Source: Rickettsiales bacterium (GTDB taxonomy: Bacteria > Pseudomonadota > Alphaproteobacteria > Rickettsiales > UBA1997). Taken from it: 48,005 bases of DNA. The position numbers and the translations under genes are program-made. The notes beneath the pieces were generated by a model. The model did no database searches. It saw only the letters and a list, made by a program, of their open reading frames with translations, and had not been told where the DNA came from. The stretch's first letter is position 1; every line of letters starts with the position of its first letter. This document shows, one piece after another, positions 17,130 to 25,072 of this stretch. The DNA lies in assembly GCA_031268035.1 (NCBI GenBank), contig JAIRXW010000016.1, positions 1 to 48,005 of the forward strand, in the 5' to 3' direction.

Positions 17130-17855
17130 TTATATAAAGTCTTCGCCCAGATAAAATCTTTTAACATCTGGATTATTAATTATTTCGTCTCTGTTTCCAG
17201 AGGTCAGGATTTTCCCGTCGTAGACAACATAGGCTCTGTCGACAATGGCCAGTGTTTCTCTTATGCTGTGGTCCGTTATTAGAATACCTATGCCCATATT
17301 CTTTAGCTTCAGAATGATTCCAGTTATTTCTCTGATGGCTATAGGGTCTATGCCAGCAAATGGTTCGTCTAGAAGTATAAACAGAGGGTTCGAGGCTAGA
17401 GTTCTGGCTATCTCTACGCGTCTTCGCTCCCCTCCGGACAGAGAGGCCGCAATAGAATTTTTCAAATGGGAAAGGGAAAAATCATCGAGGAGCTGTTCCA
17501 GTCTTCTGGCCCTCTCCTTTCTATCTGGCTGGAAAATTTCTAGAATAGAGTAAATATTCATATACACAGTCATTCCCCTAAAAATCGAAGCCTCCTGGGG
17601 TAGATAGGCCAGACCCAGTCGCGCCCTTTTGTACATGGGAAAATTGGATACATCACTGTCGTTCAATAGAATTTGGCCGCCGTCAGCCCCTATAAGGCCT
17701 ATGGTCATGTAAAATATAGTTGTTTTGCCGGCTCCATTTGGTCCCAGTAGTCCAACCACTTCTCCCTGTTTGACCTCTAGGGTTACGTCCTGCACTATTG
17801 CTTTTCCGCCATAGTTTTTTACCAGATGGTTAATCTTTAGAGTGTTCTCCGTCAT
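17130..17855 (-). CDS. lptB: LPS export ABC transporter ATPase
   Basis: GPNGAGKTT, YLPQEASIF, LSGGERRRVEIAR, LLDEPFAGIDP, C-terminal YLGEDF. Confidence 0.96.
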   Translation of the reverse strand: MTENTLKINHLVKNYGGKAIVQDVTLEVKQGEVVGLLGPNGAGKTTIFYMTIGLIGADGGQILLNDSDVSNFPMYKRARLGLAYLPQEASIFRGMTVYMNIYSILEIFQPDRKERARRLEQLLDDFSLSHLKNSIAASLSGGERRRVEIARTLASNPLFILLDEPFAGIDPIAIREITGIILKLKNMGIGILITDHSIRETLAIVDRAYVVYDGKILTSGNRDEIINNPDVKRFYLGEDFI

Positions 17856-18396
17856 CTTTTTTATTTTCCAATTCGTTGATGTTATCCATGATTATTAGTA
17901 TTCCCCTATCCACTTCGTTTTCTCTGTCCCTCTCGCTAGGTACACTAATTTCCTCCGTATTAGTGTCGTAAATTGCCCTATCTGCAAATATAATCGTGTT
18001 CTTCTCTTTCAGCACAACGTTATCACTGATGACTAGAATTGAGTTTATAAAATCATAGTTTCCTCTGTCCCCACTGATTTTAACGCCTCTGGGGTTTGTG
18101 GCCACAAGGCCGGTCATATCCATAGAGTTCGGATTAATTTTACCATCAATATTTATATAGTGCACCGTTAGAGTTTTTTTAACAAAAATTTTTAGCCCCT
18201 TATTTTCTATGCTAATGTTCCCATTGAAAACCATTATATTTTCGTTTTTTTTGATTCTGATTTCATCTGCTCTAATCGTTGTGGTGTTTCCCACTCTGAA
18301 CTCCTCCGAAAAGCAATCCCAACCGGGGCTTAGAACAATGGCCAATAGCAGTGGGACAGCTAGATACCTACAGTTCCAGTGATTTACGTATTTCAT
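17830..18396 (-). CDS. lptA: LptA/OstA-family beta-jellyroll LPS transport protein
   Basis: Signal peptide, TTIRAD..VFNGNI, GDRGNYD..LVISDNVVL, directly upstream of lptB. Confidence 0.7.
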   Translation of the reverse strand: MKYVNHWNCRYLAVPLLLAIVLSPGWDCFSEEFRVGNTTTIRADEIRIKKNENIMVFNGNISIENKGLKIFVKKTLTVHYINIDGKINPNSMDMTGLVATNPRGVKISGDRGNYDFINSILVISDNVVLKEKNTIIFADRAIYDTNTEEISVPSERDRENEVDRGILIIMDNINELENKKDDGEHSKD

Positions 18397-19540
18397 CGGC
18401 GATTACCTGCGATGGCGAACTATTGGCTTTGTAACCTAGATTTTTTAGAATTTCCAGATTATTTTCAACCTGTCTGTCTCTAGATTTTTCATCCTCTATA
18501 AGTTCTATGGCGCTTTTCTCTATGTTTTTTATCGTGCATCTACGAAGAATTAGTTCTGGAATTATTTCTCGACCAGCTAGGATATTTACTAGATTTACAT
18601 AAATTTTGCCAGATTTTATTTTCAGTAGTAGGCTAGCCAGAATATTTGTTAGAAAGTTAAATTTATACACAATAACAAGTGGTACGGCGTGGGCCGCTAT
18701 TTCCAAAGTATTTGTTCCGGATTTCGCCAGGGCCAGTAGAGTTTTCTCTAAAATATTTTCTTTCTCCTCCTGTTCGGCCACCACATCTATATAGTCAATA
18801 TTTCTAGCTTCCAGATATTTTTTCACCGGAGCGGTTGTGTCTTCGGTGGTGAAGACACTGTAGTGAAAATTATATTTTTTTCTGAGGTTTTTTGTGACTT
18901 CAACCATTAGCGGCAGTATGCGATTCACCTCTCCGATCCTGCTACCCGGAGTTAGCAGGATGGTTTTACCGGTTCTATGGGCTAGAAGCCCAGTGTTCTC
19001 ATCCCCGCGAGACGTATCCTCGGAGGGTTTTTTTTCGAAAATTGGATGGCCTACAAAAATTGTTTTTAGGCCATATTTTTCAAAATAGGGCGGTTCAAAG
19101 GGCAATATGCAGAATAGCCCATTGTAAATTTTGGCGATTTTTTTCGCCCTTCCCGCCCTGTAGAACCAAACACTGGGTGCCACCAGATGAAAAATTTTTA
19201 TTCTATTTTTTCCGGCCAGTTTCCTGATTTTCTTTGCGATTCTGAAACAGAAATCCGGTGAATCTATTGTCAATATGGCGTCCTGGGATGTTTCCACAGC
19301 AAATTTTGCAATTTTTTCTATGATCTTCATAATTTTAAATAGTCTGGGCAATATTTCAAAAAACCCCATCACAGAGGTATCTGCTATGGGGAAAAGGCTC
19401 TTTTGCCCACTTTTTTCCTCCATCAGAGACCCTCCGGCCACGCTTATTTCAAATATATTTTTGTCCAGTTGCTCTATGATCTTCGAGCCCAGAAGATCCC
19501 CAGATTTTTCACCGGCTATCAGAAGTATTTTTTTCTTCAT
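18368..19540 (-). CDS. lpxB: Lipid A disaccharide synthase
   Basis: AGEKSGDLLG, IDSPDF, APSVW, ILPFE, FVGHP, PGSR, KSGTNTLE, IPEL. Confidence 0.95.
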   Translation of the reverse strand: MKKKILLIAGEKSGDLLGSKIIEQLDKNIFEISVAGGSLMEEKSGQKSLFPIADTSVMGFFEILPRLFKIMKIIEKIAKFAVETSQDAILTIDSPDFCFRIAKKIRKLAGKNRIKIFHLVAPSVWFYRAGRAKKIAKIYNGLFCILPFEPPYFEKYGLKTIFVGHPIFEKKPSEDTSRGDENTGLLAHRTGKTILLTPGSRIGEVNRILPLMVEVTKNLRKKYNFHYSVFTTEDTTAPVKKYLEARNIDYIDVVAEQEEKENILEKTLLALAKSGTNTLEIAAHAVPLVIVYKFNFLTNILASLLLKIKSGKIYVNLVNILAGREIIPELILRRCTIKNIEKSAIELIEDEKSRDRQVENNLEILKNLGYKANSSPSQVIADEIRKSLEL

Positions 19541-20670
19541 AGTTGGGTAAGGTTTTTAATTTCTCTATCCGAATGTATCTGCACATTCAGCACAAAACTT
19601 ATGGATATTAGAGAAGACACAGTCACACTCCCCCCGTAGGAGAACAGGATCAGAGGAGTGCCGACAACCGGCAGCAGACCGATTATCATACCTATATTTA
19701 TGAAAAAATGGCAGAAAAAGTTTACAAGTACACCGGCAACTATGGTTTTTCCAAACGTATTATTACATCTAATTATAGTGTGGATAAACATAGAAAACAG
19801 CAGGAGGTAGAGGAAAATCACAAGAACACCGCCCATGAAGCCAAATTCTTCGCAGAACACGGTGAATATGAAGTCGGTGTGTCTTTCGGGCAGGAATTCC
19901 AATTGCCCCTGGGTTCCCTTGATGAAGCCTTTTCCCCAAAAACCGCCGGATCCTATGGCTATTTTTGATTGCATTATGTTGTAGCCGCTATTTAGAGGAT
20001 CACTATCCGGATCCAGAAATACCATAATTCTTTGTTTTTGATAATCACGGAGAGCAAATTGCCATAGGACGGGCGCCGCAAGAAGGATTAAAAATAAACA
20101 GATAAAGAATTTTTTAACCTGCACTCCCACGAAGAACATAATAGATACGCCCACTGCCATTAAAATTAGTGCAGTGCCGAGATTCGGCTGCCTTAGAATC
20201 AGACCACAGGGAACCAATATCAGCATAATTGGCACTAGCAATGTTTTGTTTTCCTGAATGTTCTTAAGGTCCGTCTGGAAAAAATATCTGGCCAGAGCCA
20301 AGATGGTAAAAATTTTTATAAATTCTGATGGCTGTATTTTTGTAAAACCTAGGTTCAGCCATCTAGTGGCCCCCATCGATCTGTAGCCAGAAATTTCAAC
20401 TATCACCAATAGAATTAGTCCAAAGGCGTAGATTCTATAGGAGTTTTTAAACCAAAAATTTATATCCGTTACGGCTATAATCAAACAGAGGGGGAAAGAA
20501 ATGATAAAATGAATGATCTGTCTCAGAGCCCAGGGCCGCATACTTCCATTCCCAACGGAGTAAAGCATAGCAACCCCAAAGGAAAATATAGTGCAGACCG
20601 TTAATATCATATTCACATTAATTTTTGGAATTTTATCTGCCCAAAAAACTCTAAGTGTATTGTAGCTCAT
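19537..20670 (-). CDS. rodA: Rod shape-determining SEDS protein RodA
   Basis: GATRW..IQPSEF, QPNLGT, DYQKQRI, GYNIMQSKIAIGSGG, LPERHTDFIF, SYGGS. Confidence 0.93.
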   Translation of the reverse strand: MSYNTLRVFWADKIPKINVNMILTVCTIFSFGVAMLYSVGNGSMRPWALRQIIHFIISFPLCLIIAVTDINFWFKNSYRIYAFGLILLVIVEISGYRSMGATRWLNLGFTKIQPSEFIKIFTILALARYFFQTDLKNIQENKTLLVPIMLILVPCGLILRQPNLGTALILMAVGVSIMFFVGVQVKKFFICLFLILLAAPVLWQFALRDYQKQRIMVFLDPDSDPLNSGYNIMQSKIAIGSGGFWGKGFIKGTQGQLEFLPERHTDFIFTVFCEEFGFMGGVLVIFLYLLLFSMFIHTIIRCNNTFGKTIVAGVLVNFFCHFFINIGMIIGLLPVVGTPLILFSYGGSVTVSSLISISFVLNVQIHSDREIKNLTQL

Positions 20671-22526
20671 TTCAGTGTGACTCCTCTAGTTTTCATCATA
20701 TTTGTCAAATACTGCTGTATTCTGCCTCTGTTATATCCCAGGCAAAGACTATAGGCCGTCTTGCCATCACTATCCTCGATATCCATTTTTGCTCCATTTT
20801 TTAATAGTTCATAGGCGATATTTTCATGGTTTTTTACTATAGCAAGCATCAAAGGTGTTCTTCCCGAAGAATTTTGGCTGTCAATAGCGGAACCACTCTC
20901 TATCAATAGTTTCACCAGATCGATGTTGCCGGTATTGACAGCCACATGCAGGGGGGTGTTTAGATCTCTGCCCTGTTTGTTTATACTGGCCCCGCTATAG
21001 ATTAGATAGCGCACTATGTAATAACTGCCGTTTTCTATGGAAAATTCCAAAACAGTTCTATCGCTGTCAACGAAAAAATCCGAATTACCGACGCTCTCGA
21101 TGATACCCCGGAGCGCCGCCAGATCGTTGGCGACTATGGCCTTTTTAGCCGTGTCCTGGATATCCTCCAGGCTGGTAATGTTTGGGATGTGCGCGTTGGA
21201 TTCAGATCTTTTGAACGTCAGTAATTCTTCCGGGATATCGCTAGTGCGAAAATTTTTTATATTTTTAGTGGAGGCATAGAGCACGGGTATGTCTTTGTTG
21301 TTGGCTATATCGGATTTTTTGAGATTTATTTTCTCGCTTTCTCTGAGCAAATTTGAATATTGCTCTGAAAATAAAAAATCCTCCGAAACACCGCTGTCCG
21401 TTATATTATATATTTTTTCTAAAATCCCCTCATCCTTCGTTTCATTTTTTTTTGGTTTTCTCTTTCTAACCACTGGTGTTTCGCCATTTTTATCATCAAA
21501 ATTTGCTGTTCCCTCCTGTTTTTTCCCAGTTCTAATTATTTCTTTATCAGATTCAGATTTTTTTTCTCCCTGTTTTTTTTCGAGCCTGTCCAGTTCGGGG
21601 GTCAGAGAACCATCCTTTGTTTTCATACCTGCGTCCGTCTGATTTTGTTCAGTTTTATCCATATCGTTGTTGTCCTCACCGTCTATGCTTGGGGGGTTAG
21701 CCAATTCTGCATCTGGAGCGTTTCGTCTGTATTTGCGTCTGGTTTTACCTTTGTCCTTTGGGCTCTTATCTTTTTCGCTGTTTTCGTCGGTTTTTTTAAT
21801 TTGCTCTTCGGCCAGCGGCACTATATTTTTGTAGCCCTCGTCATCTGTTCTGTTTCTCCTCATATGTTTGCCGGGCTTCTGCTCTGTCTTTTCGATTTCT
21901 CCTTCTCCGATTTTCTTTTCTTCGGCCGAATCTTCGTCCTTCGGCTCTTTAACTTTCTTTTCTTCGGCTAAATCCCCATCCTTCGGCTCTGTTTTCTCTT
22001 CGGTTGTTTCTGGGATGTTTTTTGGATATTCGCTGTCCTCCTCTAGACTAGGGCCCGTCCCATTTTCTCCGTCAGGAGAGTTATCCAGATCGGGTTCGTT
22101 TTTTTCCAAAGTATTCCTGGGAATTTCAGGTTTATTGTCCACAGTGACATCGGTGGCTGTCTGTCCGGTTTCCCCCGTGTTTTTAGTTTTTTCCGCTCCG
22201 GTTTCAGTTTGGGAATTTTCCGATTCCCCGTCTCCATTTGTTTTTTCTGGGTTGGTTTCTATTCCATCGTTCGTGTTCGATTTTTTGATGTCCTGGTCTG
22301 CGCTGGGAGCTCCCTCTTCAGTTTCATCTGTATTTTCGAGCAGAGGTTCAAAATCCTCATCCCTGAGGCCACTTTTCGGATCTCTCAGAGTCTCTTCATT
22401 AAAAATTTTATTTTTAAACTCCTGGCGCTTTTTTTCATCCTCTGTGTTTGATCCAAAGACTATACTGGCTACTCCATAATTAAGCAAAGTAAGCAAAATA
22501 ACTAGGACTCGGTTCCAGTAAACCAT
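20667..22526 (-). CDS. Exported protein with a long charged low-complexity region and C-terminal ankyrin repeats
   Basis: Hydrophobic N-terminus, E/K/D-rich middle, TPLHVAV..LVKLLIESG, GRTPLMLAI..LLKNGA, GKTAYSL. Confidence 0.85.
   Translation of the reverse strand: MVYWNRVLVILLTLLNYGVASIVFGSNTEDEKKRQEFKNKIFNEETLRDPKSGLRDEDFEPLLENTDETEEGAPSADQDIKKSNTNDGIETNPEKTNGDGESENSQTETGAEKTKNTGETGQTATDVTVDNKPEIPRNTLEKNEPDLDNSPDGENGTGPSLEEDSEYPKNIPETTEEKTEPKDGDLAEEKKVKEPKDEDSAEEKKIGEGEIEKTEQKPGKHMRRNRTDDEGYKNIVPLAEEQIKKTDENSEKDKSPKDKGKTRRKYRRNAPDAELANPPSIDGEDNNDMDKTEQNQTDAGMKTKDGSLTPELDRLEKKQGEKKSESDKEIIRTGKKQEGTANFDDKNGETPVVRKRKPKKNETKDEGILEKIYNITDSGVSEDFLFSEQYSNLLRESEKINLKKSDIANNKDIPVLYASTKNIKNFRTSDIPEELLTFKRSESNAHIPNITSLEDIQDTAKKAIVANDLAALRGIIESVGNSDFFVDSDRTVLEFSIENGSYYIVRYLIYSGASINKQGRDLNTPLHVAVNTGNIDLVKLLIESGSAIDSQNSSGRTPLMLAIVKNHENIAYELLKNGAKMDIEDSDGKTAYSLCLGYNRGRIQQYLTNMMKTRGVTLK
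21912..21995. repeat. 42-bp imperfect tandem duplication inside the ankyrin gene (EPKDGDLAEEKKVK / EPKDEDSAEEKK)
   Basis: CTTCGGC at 21920 and 21962 with matching flanks. Confidence 0.7.
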
Positions 22527-22549
22527 GGGCTCATTGTAATTTACAACAC

Positions 22550-22578
22550 GTTATATACATTTTTAGAAATAAAATCAA
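22550..22578 (-). promoter_or_regulatory. Possible sigma70 promoter of the ank-rodA-lpxB-lptA-lptB run
   Basis: Minus strand TTGATT-N17-TATAAC, 23 nt upstream of ATG 22526. Confidence 0.45.
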
Positions 22579-22590
22579 GTTCCCCAGTCT

Positions 22591-24117
22591 ATGAATTTTC
22601 CGATGTCCAGTATCATAATAGCCATGAGTACTTTACTGTCGAGATTGTTTGGCCTACTCAGGGATATATGTTTTGCCAAATATATTGGAACCGGTTCAGC
22701 ATCAGATATTTTTTTTGTCGCCTACAGAATTCCAAATTTTTTTCGCATTGTGTTTGCCGAGGGAGCATTTAGTGCCGCCTTTGTGCCAATTCTATCCAGC
22801 TATATGATGGACAGAGACAAATTAAAAACTTCCCAATTCCTAAAAAATATGTTTTCTCTGCTTTTCTACTCTGTTCTTGTCTTCACTCTGCTGGCCGAAT
22901 TACTTATGCCGCAAATCATGGCTCTCTTTGCCTCGGGCTTTTCTGGGAATTCCGAAAAATATAGGTTGGCAGTGGCGCTAGCCAGAATAACTTTCCCCTA
23001 CCTAATTTTCATATCCCTCGCGAGTTTTATGGCCGGGATTCTGCACGCCCACGAAAGATTTTTTATGGTGGCTATAAATCCTCTTTTACTAAATTTAATA
23101 TTCATCATCTCTTCTCTACTGTCCTCTGTATTTTCCTGGGACATTCTAACTGTGTTATCTGTGGCTGTTCTAGCGGGTGGTGCTCTGCAATTTATTTCCC
23201 TGTATCTGGCTGTGCTTGGTCGAAATATCCTGATTTATCCGACAAAAATAAAATTGGACCAGATGACAGGAAAATTTGTGCGAAATTTTTCCTCGGCTCT
23301 CCTGAGCAGTGGCGTTGATCAGCTGAATTCAATAGTTTCCTCCATAATTCTTTCCAGGACAGTGGGAGCAATATCCCATGTCTACTATGCGGACAGGATA
23401 ATTCAACTGCCCATATCTCTGATAGGGACTGCGCTGGGGGTCGGCATATTGCCTCTGCTGTCGAAGAAAATAAAACAGAATGCCGATGATATATTTGAAA
23501 TTCAGGAAAATGCGCTGCTGGTGGCGTTATTTTTGGGTTTACCTCTTATGATTTGCCTGTATAAAATGTCCTACCTATTTGTGCCCATTCTGTTCGAAAG
23601 AGGTGAGTTTTCCAGGGTTTCGTCGTTGGCTGTGGTGAGATGCATAAAAATATATGCCTACGCCCTTCCGCCATTTATACTGTCCAAGATACTTCAGAGC
23701 CTATTTTTTTCTATGGGGGATACGAAAACGCCAATGATTTCGGCACTTTTGTCCCTGGTCTCCAATGTCACAGTGGCTCCAATTCTGGCAAAATACTTTG
23801 GCTATGAGGGAGTGATAGTCTCCTCGGTGTTGGCGGCCTACTTAGATTTTGCTTCACTGCTGATAATTCTTCTGGCCAAAAAACGGTTGGTTCTTTCGGA
23901 AAAATTTTTACCCAATGTCGCTAAGATTTTCTACGCTCTAATTTTTATGTCTCTGACTCTGGGAGCCTGCGACAAATTTATACCTCTGGGCCAATTCATT
24001 GCTCCGGGATTTATGAAGCTTTTCTTGGCTGGTGTTCTGTCGGCTTCAGTGTATATGGGAATTTCCTATATAACAGGAATACTCAATCCTAAAAAATATG
24101 CTCCAACTGGTCCGTAG
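22591..24117 (+). CDS. murJ: Lipid II flippase MurJ (MviN)
   Basis: LSRLFGLLRD, RIPNFFR.VFAEGAFSAAFVP, YYADRIIQLP, LFERGEF, DTKTP. Confidence 0.95.
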   Translation: MNFPMSSIIIAMSTLLSRLFGLLRDICFAKYIGTGSASDIFFVAYRIPNFFRIVFAEGAFSAAFVPILSSYMMDRDKLKTSQFLKNMFSLLFYSVLVFTLLAELLMPQIMALFASGFSGNSEKYRLAVALARITFPYLIFISLASFMAGILHAHERFFMVAINPLLLNLIFIISSLLSSVFSWDILTVLSVAVLAGGALQFISLYLAVLGRNILIYPTKIKLDQMTGKFVRNFSSALLSSGVDQLNSIVSSIILSRTVGAISHVYYADRIIQLPISLIGTALGVGILPLLSKKIKQNADDIFEIQENALLVALFLGLPLMICLYKMSYLFVPILFERGEFSRVSSLAVVRCIKIYAYALPPFILSKILQSLFFSMGDTKTPMISALLSLVSNVTVAPILAKYFGYEGVIVSSVLAAYLDFASLLIILLAKKRLVLSEKFLPNVAKIFYALIFMSLTLGACDKFIPLGQFIAPGFMKLFLAGVLSASVYMGISYITGILNPKKYAPTGP

Positions 24118-25072
24118 GTTAGTTGCCATTCCTAGCTACAGCGGCAACTCAGAGGCAATGGTCAGCTGTCTTGACCTATGCAGAAGGTTTCTACCAAAAA
24201 ATCTGGGCATCTACGGAAAGGAATTTGTGAACAGTGGCCATCGATCTCTAGTGCTTTCGAATGTTGATGGGTTGAAATTTGATGTCATTAGCCCGGGTCA
24301 CATTGATGTGGTCCCATCTAAAACATATGAAATGAAAATCGACGGAGGGAAAATATTTGGGCGCGGTGTATTTGATATGAAAAGTTTTGTTGCTAGCAGT
24401 TTGATCAATCTGTGGCATGTGGCCACCCAGAGTGGCGGTAATATCAGATATGCCGTGGTGATAACTTCGGATGAGGAAATAGGCGGGAGAGATGGGATGG
24501 GCCATCTAGTTAGAGATTTAGGTCTAGAAACTCAATTAGTTTTGGACAGCGACAGCGGCAAAAACATACACAATGTGGTCCAGGAAAATCTTGGTGCCAT
24601 CACTATAAAACTTCACGGGGAGGAAGATTCTATAAATAGAACAGTTAGAAATATTAAAAACAAATTTGCCGATAACCACTGTGAAAGTTACGGCAGCGAG
24701 GTGGACGTTAATTTTGCTAGCGACTCCATAGAGACGGACATTGGCGACTGCCTGGAGCCCGCTGTAACATTTGATGTGCTTATGCTCAATGACTACAGGA
24801 AACACAATATTTTCAACAGGCCCCACTGCCTCTATAGAGAAATTTCCGAAAAAAATGGGGTGGTCCTAGAATACGTGACTAGCAGCGGCACAAATGATTC
24901 CAGATATTTTTTCGACTGCAGCGAAACCAGCATAATTAGCCATCAGGCTAGCGGCGGAGGCAATCACCAGGAGAACGAATGGCTGGATGTGGAATCATTG
25001 TATAGATTCAATAGAATCCAAAGAGAATTTTTAATGGCGCTTGGCGGATCCCATTCTCTAGCATTATTTTGA
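24098..25072 (+). CDS. M20-family metallohydrolase (DapE/ArgE-like) with a reduced dimerisation domain
   Basis: GHIDVVP, GRGVFDMK, SDEEIGG, GTNDSRYF, GGNHQENEW. 324 aa. Confidence 0.82.
   Translation: MLQLVRRLVAIPSYSGNSEAMVSCLDLCRRFLPKNLGIYGKEFVNSGHRSLVLSNVDGLKFDVISPGHIDVVPSKTYEMKIDGGKIFGRGVFDMKSFVASSLINLWHVATQSGGNIRYAVVITSDEEIGGRDGMGHLVRDLGLETQLVLDSDSGKNIHNVVQENLGAITIKLHGEEDSINRTVRNIKNKFADNHCESYGSEVDVNFASDSIETDIGDCLEPAVTFDVLMLNDYRKHNIFNRPHCLYREISEKNGVVLEYVTSSGTNDSRYFFDCSETSIISHQASGGGNHQENEWLDVESLYRFNRIQREFLMALGGSHSLALF

Noticed and set aside
16072-17130. tRNA-Gln as an integration site of a mobile element
   Set aside because: I saw no duplicated tRNA 3' end and no integrase, and core lptB follows directly.
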